From the human T2T-CHM13v2.0 reference genome, Homo sapiens, in the NCBI RefSeq assembly GCF_009914755.1, contig NC_060945.1: DNA of 64,000 nucleotides; one strand, written 5' to 3'. The translations under genes and the position numbers were made by a program. Below are positions 1 through 11,690 of the stretch, in pieces. The notes below the pieces were generated by a model. The model had not been told where the DNA came from. It saw nothing but the letters and a program-made list of their open reading frames with translations, and made no database searches. Within the stretch, counting starts at the first letter, position 1. Every line of letters starts with the position of its first letter.

Positions 1-29
1 TGTGTATGTGAGTTTGTATATGCACACAC

Positions 30-1260
30 ATAATTTTCTAGCTATCCTGTAAGGAGTCCTGAAAGCAATGGCACACTGGCAGTAATTAGCACAAACCAAG
101 TCCCCAGATTTTGGGTTCTATATTCATTCTCCAATAAAAGAAACCTGATTCTTTGAGAAATGGCTGATTTCAGGGCATGGGTTAGAAAACAAATGAGATA
201 AATCTAGAGCATTCTATCATGGCAAAATGTAAGAAAGCTTATTCAAAGATTAATGGGGACATTTTAAAAGAACAAAAAAAGTTGAGTTGAAGGGAACCCA
301 CTGATTAAACCTGCAAAAATTTTAGCATCAAAATAATGATAATAACATATTGTAACCTCTTGAATAAAGTAGGAATAGAAAATAAGCTCCTGCCTTATAG
401 TAGAATGCCAACTAACAAATATAGAAGGGAGGATGGAATTAGAAAAGCACCGCTTGGCAATAATCTTAGAAATCATTGATTCAGAAAAGGATTATCAATG
501 GATGCTAAAATTAGTAGATGAGTATTTGATGAGGAACAGGCTATTTACATAGTCTGAAAGTATGTTTCCACAAAATACTTTTATTTACTTGTTATTTAAT
601 AAGTTTGAGATACTTATTAATTAACATTAAAATGAAGAAAATCTGACAGATTATTTTAAACAAATGGTAAATGATATCATCAATAGTCCAAATATTTATG
701 CCTTCTATTAGGATGGACTAAGAACAGTGCATTATTTTTGTGGTATTCCTGCCAAAAACATGCATAACTGAAAATAAATTATAAGAAAACACCACAGAAA
801 ATCTGTATCTTTTTTAAAAGTCAAGGCCATGATACATGAAGAAAGATTTCAAAAGTCTAAGAGGTATGGCCTTTAAATGCAATGTGTGCTCCTGAATTGG
901 TTCATTGACCAAAAAAGAAATGAAGAAAAGGGGAAACAATTTATTTTACTCTATAATGGGCACTATAAGGAAAACTGGGAAAATCTGAAGTTCTGGGAAT
1001 TAGACAACAGTATTGCATTAACGTTAATTTTCTTATTTTGTTGGGTGTATTAGGGTTATAAAGAAGAATTCCTTTGCTTTTAGGAAACAGAAAATTTCAG
1101 GAATTTGGGCCGTCATGTCTGCAACTTGTAAACAGCTCAAAACAGAAAAAGAGAGAGAAGAAAAATGTACAATGTTAAAAATTGTGGAATCTGGACAAAG
1201 TTTGTAGAGTTCTTTGCACTGTTCTTACAACTATTCTGAAAGTTCAAAATTAAAATTTAA
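30..1260 (+). mobile_element. Ancient L1 3' UTR fragment (L1MC4/L1MC5-like)
   Basis: Matches recalled L1MC 3' UTR motifs (cattctccaataaaag-aacc...gagaaatggctgatt; tgcaatgtgtg-tcctgaattgg; tttgcactgttcttacaact); highly diverged. Confidence 0.65.
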
Positions 1261-1414
1261 CCCAAAAATACTATTGATATATCTTAAAATTCAAACTCTA
1301 TTTTACTTCCTCACTGTTTGTAATTCTGTTAAGGCCATAAGGGTTTGTAAAATAAATGCCAGAAAAGCTTGCAGACAACTTTTACTTTCTACTCTTCCAC
1401 ATATCTCTTTTAAA

Positions 1415-2729
1415 CAAATTTTTGTCAAAATTTTGTGAGTACATAGTAGGTATATGTATTTATGGGTACATGAGATGTTTTGATACAGGCATGCAATGTG
1501 AAATAAGCACATCATGGAGAATGGGGTATCCATCCCACATGCGTTTCTTCTTTGAGTTACAAACAATCTAATTACATTCTTTAAGTTATTAAAACATATA
1601 CAATTAAGTTATTATTGACTATAATCACCCTATTGTGCTATCAAATAGTAGGTCTTATTCATTCTTTCCATTTTTTTGTACCCATTTACCATGCCTCCCC
1701 CCAACCTCCAACTACCTTTTTCCTCACCTCTGGTAACCATCCTATTCTCTATGCCCATGAGTTCAATTAATTTGATTTTTAAATCCCACAAATTAGTGAT
1801 AACATGTGATGTTTGTCTTTCTGTGCCTGGCTTATTTCACTCAACATAATAATCTCCAGTTCCATCCATGCTGTGGCAAATGACTGGATGTCATTTTTTA
1901 CTGCTGAATAATACTACATTGTTCATATTTACCACAATTTGACACTTAGGTTACTCCCAAATCTTAGTTATTGTAAACAGTGCTGCAGTAAACACAGGTG
2001 TGAATTTATCTCTTCAATATACTTATTTCCTTTCTTTTGGGTATATACCCAGCAGTAGGATTGCTGGATCATATGGTAGTTGTATTTTTAGTTTTTGAGG
2101 AACCTTCAAACTGTTCTCTACAGTGACTATATTAATTTAGTTTCCCACCAACAGTGTGCAATGCTTCCCTTTTCTCCACATCCTCACTAGCATTTGTTAT
2201 TGACTGTCTTTTGGATATTAGCATTTCTAAAATGCTTTCGATTTGCGTTTCTCTGATGGTCAATGTTATTAAGCACCTTTTCTTATCTGTTAGCCATTTG
2301 TGTGTCTTCTTTTGAGAAATAGCTATTCAAACATTTTGCACATTTTTTCTTATAGAGTTATTTGAGCTTCTTATATATACTGGTTATTAATCCCTTGTCA
2401 GATGAATAATTTGCAAATACTTTTTCTCATTCTGTGAGTTGGCTCTTCCCTTTGTTGCTCATTTTTCTAAGCAAAAGCTTTTTAGCTTGATGTGATCTTA
2501 TTTGTTCATTGCTGCTTTAGTTGCCTGTGCTTGTAGGGTAATACTCAAGGAATTCTTGCCCAGACCAATATCCTGGAGATTTTCCCCAATGTTTCTTTTA
2601 GTAGTTTTATAGTTTGAGGTTTTAGATTTTAGTCTTTAATCGATTTTTATTTTATTTTTGTAGATGGTGAGAGATAGGGGTCTAGTTTCATTCTTCTGCA
2701 TATGGATATCCTGTTTGCCCAGCACTATC
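1415..2729 (-). mobile_element. L1MA (L1MA1-3-like) 3' UTR plus ORF2 C-terminal fragment
   Basis: Diagnostic 3' end tacatagtaggtatatgtatttatgggtacatgagatgttttgatacaggcatgcaatgtg; continues into antisense ORF2 (gagagataggggtctagtttcattcttctgcatatgg). Confidence 0.85.
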
Positions 2730-4328
2730 TTTGCCCATTTGTAGTGATGTTCTTGTTGTCGTTTTTTGCTTATTGACTTAAGTTTCCTAGAGATTCTTGA
2801 TATTGATATTAAACCTTTGTCTGATGCATAGTTTGTGAATATCTTCTTCAATTCTGTAGGTTGTCTGTTTATTCTGTTGATACATTTTTTTGTTTGGTTG
2901 GTTTTTAACTGTGCAAATGCTGTTTAGTTTTATTAGGTTCCACTTGTCAATTTTTGTTTTTGTTGCAATGGCTTTTGGGCACTTAGCCAAAAATTATTTG
3001 CCAAGGCTGATGTTGAGAAGAGTATCTCCTAGGTTGTGTTCCATTATATTTATAGTTTGAGGTATTAAATTCAAACTTTAATCTATTTTGCATTAATTTT
3101 TATAAATGATGAAAGGTAGGGGTCTAGCCTTAATATTGGGCATATGGCTAGTCAGTTGTCCCAGAACCATTTATTGAATGGGAAGTCCTATCCCCATTGC
3201 TTGTTTTTGTCAGCCTTGTTGAATATCAAATGGTTGTAGGTGTATGGCTTTATTTCTGAGTTCTGTACTCTGTTTCATGGGCCTATGTGTTTGTTTTTTG
3301 TACCATTACCATGCTGTTTTGGTTACTGTAGAATAGTATAGTTTGAAGTTAAATAGTATGCTGCATCTGGCTTTGTCCTTTTTGCTTAACATTACTTTGG
3401 CTACTTAGACTCTTCATTGCTTCCATATAAATTTTAGAATAGTTTTTTCCTAATTCTGCGATGAATGACATTGGTACTTTGATAGGAAGTGTTGAATCTG
3501 TAAATTTCCTTAGAGAGAATGGTCATTTTTACAATATCAATTCTTCCAATCCATGAGCATGGAATGTTTTGCCATTTGTTTATTTCATTTTCTTTGGGAC
3601 TATTGTAAATGGGATTGTGTCCTTGATTTCATTCTCAGCTTGGATATTGTTCATTAATAGAAATGCTACTGATATTTGTACATTGATTTTGCATCCTGAA
3701 AGTTTACTAAAATTGTTTATCAGTTCTAAAAGCCTTTTGGTAGAGTTCTTTGGATATTCTAGGTATAGAATCATATAATCAGTGAAGAGAGATAGTTTGA
3801 CTTTCTCTTTTCCTAGTTGGACCCCTTTTAATTCTTTCTCTTGCCTGATTGCTCTGAGAAGGACTTCCAGTACTTAGTTGAATAGGAATGGTTGTTCCAG
3901 TTCTCAAGGGAAATTATTTGTGCTTTTACCCATTCAGTATAATGTTGACTGTGGGTTTGTCATAAATGGCTCTTATTATTTTGAGATATGTTCCTTTGAT
4001 TTCTAGCCTATTGAGAGATTTTATTATGGAGGAATGCTGGATTTTATCAAAAGCTCTTTTTTTCATCTGTTGAAGAGGTCATATGGTTTTTGCTTTTAAT
4101 TCTGTTTATGTGGTGAATCACATTTATTGATATGTGTATGTTGAACCAGCCTTGCATACTAGGAATAAAGCCTACTTGGTCATGGTGTATTATGCTTTGA
4201 TATGCTGCTGGTTTCAGTCTGCTAATATTTTGTTGATGATATTTGCATGCATGTTCTTAAGAAATATTGGCCTAAAGTTTTCTATTTTTGTTGTGTCTCT
4301 GCCAGACTTTTATATCAGGCTGATTTTT
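2730..4328 (-). mobile_element. L1PB/old L1PA ORF2 fragment (decayed)
   Basis: Minus-strand ORFs 2787-2990 ([19 protein letters not shown]) and 3580-3774 ([24 protein letters not shown]) are L1 ORF2 RT/C-terminal peptides with frameshifts. Confidence 0.85.
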
Positions 4329-4339
4329 TAAAATTAATT

Positions 4340-5105
4340 TTGTAAAATGCCATGGCAATTATTTAATACTACAACTGCCTGAGGCACCAATACTAGCTGG
4401 TCAAACAAAAAGCTGACCAAGAAGAAAACAAACAAAAAAAATCAGGTAATAATGCAATTAAAAGTACTATAAGCCATCTGGGTTTGAAGGAACAAGTAAA
4501 ACTATGTATACTCACAAGTGACTTAATCTTAAATGAATAAAGTCCTAAGGGTTCCACACACGCCTGAAAAGCTATTCGAACGAATCAGTGACTTTAGCTA
4601 AATTGCAGGACCAATATACAAAAACCAACTGTATTTATCCAATAGCAGTGAACACTCCAGACATAAAATTTAAAGAAAAATTTCATTCACAATTGCCTCA
4701 AAAAAGAACAAAATACTTAAAAATAACTTTAACAAATGTGTTAAGACTTATACATTGGAAACAACAAACATTGTTGAAATGAAGTAAAGAAGACATAAGT
4801 AAATGAAAAGACATTATATTCATAAATTGAAAGACCTGATGTGGTTAAGATAGCAATACTCCTCAAATTTATCCACAGATTCAACACAATACCTATCCAA
4901 ATCTTAACTACTTTTCTTCTTGCAGAAATTGGCAGGATACTCCTCAAATTTATGTGGCAATGCAAAGGACCTAGAATGGGCAAAGCAATCTTGAAAAAAA
5001 GAATAAAGTTGGTGCACTCATTCTTCCTAGTTTGAAATTCACTACAAAGTTGCAATAAGCAAGACAGTGTGGTTCTGGCAAAAGGTTGTAAATAAATTAA
5101 TGGAG
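4340..5105 (+). mobile_element. Old L1M fragment (short 5'-region piece joined to ORF2 piece)
   Basis: ORF 4841-5035 (VKIAILLKFIHRFNTIPI...LKFMWQCKGPRMGKAILKK) is L1 ORF2-like; 4345-4490 resembles an L1M 5' region. Confidence 0.7.
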
Positions 5106-5430
5106 GGTTTTTTTGTTGTTTTTTTGTTTTGTTTTGTTTTGTTTTGTTTTGAGACGGAGTCTTGTTGTGTCACCCAGGCTGGAGTGCAGTGGTGCGATCT
5201 CTGCTCGCTGCAACCTCTGCCTTTGAGGTTCAAATGATTCTTCTGCCTCAGCCTCCTGAGTAGCTGGGACTACAGCTGCGTGCCACCACGTCCAGCTAAT
5301 TTTTGTATTTTTAGTAGAGAGAGGGTTTCACCATATTTGCCAGGCTGGTCTCGAACTCCTGACCTTGTGATCTGCCCACCTCAGCCTCCCAAACTGCTGG
5401 AATTACAGGCATGAGCCACCAGGCCCAGCC
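5106..5430 (-). mobile_element. AluS (Sg-like)
   Basis: Full dimer with (GTTTT)n tail; 10-bp TSD attaatggag at 5096-5105 and 5431-5440. Confidence 0.95.
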
Positions 5431-5440
5431 ATTAATGGAG

Positions 5441-8400
5441 TATTGAAGAGGATGTCCTTTCCCCAGTGCATGTTCTTGGCACCTGTGTCAAAAGACAGTG
5501 AGATTAAAATGCATAAACTTATTTCTAAATTCTATGTTCTGTTCCTGTTTTGTAGCCTAATCTGTGGTTTACCCTGGAGAATGTTTTATGCATCAATGAA
5601 AAGAATGTCTATACTGCAGCTGTTAAATAAAATGTTCTGTAAAAGTCTGTTAGGTCCGTTTGCTCTACCATGCAGTTTAAATCCAATGCTTCTTTGTTGA
5701 TTTACTGTATGGATGATTTGTCCAATGCTTAGAGTGGGGTGTTGAAGTTTTCAACTAATATTGCATTAGAGTCTATCTCTCCCTTTAGATTTAATAATAT
5801 TTGTTTTATATATCTGGGTGCAGTAGTATAGGGAGCATAAATATTTACAATTGTTATATCCTTTTGTGGAATTGATCCCTTTATATTTATATAATGACTT
5901 TCTTTGTTTATGGTTTTTTAATCAATGACTGTTTCTTTAAGTATAGCTACTCCTGCTCATTCTCATTTTTGGCTTCCATTTACACAGAATTTTTTTTCCC
6001 ATTCTTTCTTTTTTTGTCTATATGTGTTTTTACAGTGAAATAAGCTTCTTGAAGGCAGCATACAGTATAGTCAGGTGGAGAGTTAAATCTGTTCACATTC
6101 AACATTATTATTACGAGGTGAGGACTTACTCCTGTCATTTTGTTAATTGTTTTCTGGTTGTTTTGTATATCCTTGTTTCCTTTCTTTCTCTTTTATTATT
6201 TATCATTGCAGCTGAGTGGTATTCTGTAGTGGTAATATCTGACTCTTTTCTCACTCTCCTTTGTGAATCTGCTATACCAGTGAGTTTTATACTTTTGCAT
6301 ATTTGCATGATGATGATGATGATCTTTTCACTTTCAAACACAGGACTCCCTTGAATGTTTCTTGTATGGCAGATCTAGTGGTGATTAATTTCTTGTTTTT
6401 CCTTGTTTGGGAAAGACTTCCTTCCTCCCTCATTTCTGAAGAATAGCTTTGCTGAGTATAGTAGTTTTGGCTGCCAGACTTTTTTCTTTCAGTACTTTGA
6501 ATATACCATTTCATTCTCTGCTTGTGAGTAAGGTTTCTGCTAAGAAATCTGCTGTTAGTTTAATGGGCATTCCCTTATATGTAACTTGATGCTTTTCTCT
6601 TGCAGTTTTTAGAATTCTCAGTCTTTGACTTTTAACAATTTGACTAACACATGATTCAAAGAAGCCCTTTTTGGGTTAAACACATTTGGGGACTTTTGAG
6701 CTTGCTTGATCTGAATGTCCATATCTCTTTCCAGACTTAGAAAGTTTTCAGCATTTTTTTTATTAAAGCAGTTTTCTATGCCTTTTTAATCTATTTTCCT
6801 TCTGGAAATTCCATAAGACAAGTATTTCTTTGCTTAATGCCATTTCATAAATCTTGTAGACTTCTTGACTCTTCTTCATTCTTATATTGATTTTCTCTAA
6901 GTGTATAATTTCAAATGACCTATCTTCAAGTTCAGAAATTCTTTCTCCTGCTTGATCAAATCTGCAGTTAAAGCTCTCTATTGTATTTACAATATTTCAT
7001 TCATTGGATTCTTCAGCTGCAGTATATCTGTTTGATTCTTCTTTTACGATATCTATATCTTTGATGAATTTCATGTTCATATCATGAAGTGTCTTCCTAG
7101 GAACTGTCTGTATTTTCTTGGGTTTCCTTGAGTTTCCCGAATATCACTATTTTGAATTCCTTTTATGGCAATTTGTTGATTTCCTTTTTGTTGGAATCTA
7201 ATACTATAGAATTATTATGTTCCTTTGGTTGTGTCATATTTCCTTGCTTTTTCATGTTTCTTGTGTTTCTATGTTGATGTCTATGCATCTGATAGGACAA
7301 TCACCTTTTTCAGATTTTCTAGAGTGACTTTTGTTAAGAAACACTTTTGGGAAAGGTATTGTGGCTCCTGCACATACAGCTATGTGCATGGGTGGTCTTT
7401 TAGATTCTGTAGCTGAATTCAACATTAGTAATAACTGTGGGTGTCTCAGTGGCCTATGTGGTAGAAATTTGTGGTAATAGTAGTGGTGGCATAGATTGTA
7501 AATATCTTTGGAGGTGTGGGATTTGGGGGTTTTCTGTACCTCCACCTGCATTCCCCATAATGGAGAGATAGATGGGGATATTTCTCTTAGTATTAAATCT
7601 AATATGGCCTACAAGCAGCTGCCATGGTCCTAGTTCTGGGTGCAGGTACTCAGAGTGGCTGTGGAGCCAGGGCCCTAGGCTTAGTGTCTTGTGAATCCAT
7701 TGTGGCACCTAAATCTTAGGGTGCAGGTTGGCTTTCTCTGTCAGAGTTGGATGTAGGGTGCCCACGGCACAAGGATCTGACTCTGATGCACCCTGTAGCA
7801 GCTCAGGTCTAGGAGGTGTAGTTGAAGCTCTGATTATACCCCTGGATAGCAGAACACAGACCTGGCCTGACTCTAAGGGAGAAAGAGAGTTCTGTGGGTT
7901 TAAGCCTGGAGTGCAGGGTACAGTTGTAATTCAGGAGCCTGAGATAATAGGGTTCAGTGGCAACTTGCGTCCCTGCAGATGAGATATCATGTAGTGGTGA
8001 ATCTAGACCTTAGGATGATGGGGCTTAGCAGTATCCCAAACTGTTGAGGCCAGGTGCAGCAGCAGCAAGCACCCTAAAATGACTGAGCATGGCTATTGTT
8101 TGAGCCCAGGTGGGAAAGGCAAGAAGCAACACAGCAATGATTCCACTCCATCCCGGGGAATAGAGTCATTGCTGTGCTGCTTCTTGCCCCCCAGGGGGTG
8201 TCTCAGAAGCTCAGATGCTAGGGGTCTAGTCCAGCTTCAGGGAAGCAAGATTCTACAGTTGTTTGGCCTGTAGCGTGGGGTGTCTCAGCTCAGCTTCTAC
8301 TCTGCTTCCCTAGAACGGGTGGTGCTATCTCAGTCCAGCTCTGGCAAGTGGAGCTACTTATCTCAGCCAAGGTAATAGTTATCCAGGTGCAATGTGCCAC

Positions 8401-8445
8401 TTCACCTCAGGCCTGGGAAGTGTGACTGTTCTTGGTGTCCCGGGC
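5441..8445 (-). mobile_element. L1M with short ORF2 piece, endonuclease region, ORF1 and GC-richer 5' UTR (internally deleted)
   Basis: Antisense EN-region motifs (gagtggggtgttgaagtt, tatatctgggtgc), ORF1-like motifs (aaggtttctgctaagaaatctgctgttag) and a GC-richer 5'-UTR-like block at ~7550-8445. Confidence 0.75.
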
Positions 8446-11439
8446 CTAGAAATGTATTTTCAGCCTGACTCCCTGTAATGTCAACTGTGTAAAACTTAGG
8501 AATCTCTAAGCAATGAGTAAGGCAGAAGCATAGAATTCATCATTATTTCATCTTGCTGTCCAACTTTTTAAAATAGTCCCCTCTCTATATTCCATATATA
8601 GTATATAAATAGAATACTTTTAGCAATATTACTATTGACATAGTACAGGACAGAATATAATTCTGGAAGACTTTTGTTCTTGTGTTTCCTTACGGAACTT
8701 CATAGCTAAAATCCACAGCTTGGCCAAATCTCATAAATTCTTTATCTTCAGTACTGAAAACGCTAGGCAGTTTACAGCAATAATTTTCACAAACTTATTT
8801 AAATGTGTAGTCTCCATAGATTCAGAACTGTAAGAAATTAATTTGTATGGCGTGTATTGTTTTCAGGTTTAATTAAATATGCTTTGTTAGGACATTCTGC
8901 TTATTAATTCATTTTCACAAGCTGTAAAATATTAACAAGTAAGACTTTTCCTTGAAAGATTCCTGTCCTAATTGCTGTTCTAATTGAAATTAAATAATTA
9001 AAAATCAAACATATTGTGAAATGGTTTAATGCTATAAGTGCTGTTCCCTTACTTTAGTTACTTAAAATTCTTAACCACTCTATAAACACACAATTTTACA
9101 GTGATCATTATTGAAGTATTTTACCTTTGAAATAACATCTATACATATCAACTTATTGATGAATTTGCAACATAGAAAACATTTCAGGGAATTTTCCGCA
9201 TCAACTTACATCTAGAATGTTCTATTCATTTATAATGCATATAAAATCAAATAATATAACTTTCTGTGTTTCTGAAATTGGATATATGATAATCTATGGT
9301 ATCAAAAGCTTATTGATATCATTATTTATTGGAAATTTTAAATAAAGTGACACTGTAGTAGGCATTCACCATTCGGTTATCACAATAGCTGAAGCCAAAT
9401 CCAAGGCTGAGGAAATATTTATGGCCAAACACCAAGACCAAAGTTGAACTTTGGCACATACAAAAGAAGCAGCATACAAAACAAAAGTACAGCATGTCAC
9501 CAAACATTCTTTGAAAACTTGCCAGGCATTGGCCAGGCCATCCAGACATTCTAGAGAAGGTGTGAATTTTACACTTTGCTTGAAACAAGTACACATACAC
9601 ACAGAGAGGTATTCTTAATGTTCTTTACTCAAGGTAGCCAGCATCATTACTACTTATTTTCTTGTAAAGCCACAAAAATTTGCAAATAACATCTGCCTTC
9701 TTTTGCTAATTCAGTTTCAAGAGACTACAATGTCTTCAAACTGCCATAGAGACTTTTCAATGTAATATTTTTATGTTTTTATTGACAGCGTTTTTGTTTT
9801 ATTTTTTCGGTTATTAAAATCCACTGGCTCACATAAACTGACCTATCAAAACAGATTCCTGAATAGTGCAACACCAATTTGCACCCATGGACAGATAGGG
9901 AAATCCAAAACTATTAGTTATTAGGTTTTCAGAGAGATGGTAGAAAATGTGAATCTATGTGACTTAAAGGGTCTTGAATTTATTTTGGGGAAGATATTTG
10001 TATCATGTCATTTGTGTACCTTGATACTTTTAAAGTTAGATACCCATTCTTGGCACTAGCACTCATCTTTCCTAAACTTAACTCCACTTTATGCCCATGT
10101 ATCTCGCAAAATGCAGCATTTCTATTGATATCAAAGCAAGTTCTAAACCTTGATGCATTCTGAAGTTGAGGACAGTGACTGGGGGCACTGGGGGCAGAGG
10201 GGAGGGTTCAAAAGAAATCTATTCTCTTAGGTTTCATCATAAACATATTTTATTTCAAGCACTGTTAATACTTAAAGCAAAGAGAGGAAAATTCCCAGAG
10301 TACGCTACATCTTAAACTATCTGAACCACAAAAGTAAACATTCAGGGAATAGATCTATTTAAGTGTTTTGTCAATACCAGCTTTAGTATTGCCACTGGGC
10401 TTTATGGATTTTTAAGAGTTAGATTTCTTCCTTTTCTAAAGAAGCTTTGGAGCTAAATTTAAGTTATTATCAATTTGAGGACTAGACTATTTTTTAAGGT
10501 CTGACTTATCATTTGAAAAGAGTTTAAGAATTTTAACTTACTCTTTTCCCCCAAGAGTACTCATGTAGATTTTTCTACTCCTCCTTTCAAATCCCACGCA
10601 AGATATATCCATTGTGTCTTATTGCCAACCAGAACTCTTCCTGTGTTGCTTTAATCTTATTTCCTTTGGCATAGAGCAGCCCTCAAAAGGATACGAGATG
10701 AATAAAAAAATTCATGAGTTTTTACAAAATAAACCCAGGGGTTTGTTTTAAAAACAAATACTAAATGTTATTTCAGGAAAGTCTTGCCATTTTAGTAGAA
10801 TCTGTAAGGAAAAACATTTTTGACATCATGCTCACATATTGGGTTAATAGCAGCCTATACAAACATAATCTTTCTATTTTCTTTTTAAGAAAAAAAGAGA
10901 TATATGCTGATATACATCATATATAAATACACATATGCACAAATTATGAGTTCTTGTTTAAAATCACTTAACAAAAAGATGAAACACAAACACTGACCAA
11001 ATATAAATGGATTAAATCAGAGTTTAGAAAAATAGTTCCCAGGGATTTCAAAGCCCCCAAAAAAGAAGTCATTTTAACCTTATCAAAAACAAAATTAACT
11101 TCACACTAGTCAACTGATTTTCTCAGCAAATTGGAGTGAAATAAATGACAGAAAAGTACTTTGAAAGTGGGTCAGATCTGGAAGTCTTATAGGCAGTTTT
11201 ATCACATAGCTATATATTTTAGAAACTACAAAAGCATTTATTAGAAAATTAAATCTTAAAATGGAGAATTTAATACTCAGTTACTAGTTCTAATTTTTGC
11301 AATAGCCATAAGCAGGAGTTTGGCAACTTTCTTCAAACAGACACATTATTCTGGAACTTTGCATCCTGTCTCACACTGAGTCTACATCATAATAGTAAAG
11401 TATCTTCTCATCCAAAAATGTTGTCTTATTCTGAATCTC

Positions 11440-11606
11440 CTCTTCTCTGTTCCCCTAACACTTAGTGTATACCTTTATTATGGTATTTCTCAACCTAAAC
11501 ATTTGATTTAACTCTCTGTTTTTTTCCACTACACTGCTATTATTTTGAAGGCATAGGTTATGTCTTCTCCATTTTTATATAGCCAGTGCATGACCCACAG
11601 CAGTGT
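11440..11606 (+). mobile_element. L2 3' end fragment
   Basis: ccactacactgc...ttgaaggcatagg...tgtctt...cagtgcatgacccacagcagtg resembles the L2 3' terminus. Confidence 0.5.
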
Positions 11607-11615
11607 CTTTTTGTG

Positions 11616-11690
11616 AGCCAAATAAACCTCTTATGTATATCATTTGTGTTGCCACAGAAGAATAACTGCAGATGGGTAATTTATATATTT
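11616..11690. repeat. Left arm of ~75-bp inverted repeat (rearranged MST LTR terminus)
   Basis: Reverse complement aligns to 14405-14484 with ~5 substitutions in the inner 52 bp plus indels. Confidence 0.9.

Noticed and set aside
9322-9602. Overlapping minus-strand ORFs in unique sequence
   Set aside because: No recognisable protein family or splice framing; lengths are within chance expectation
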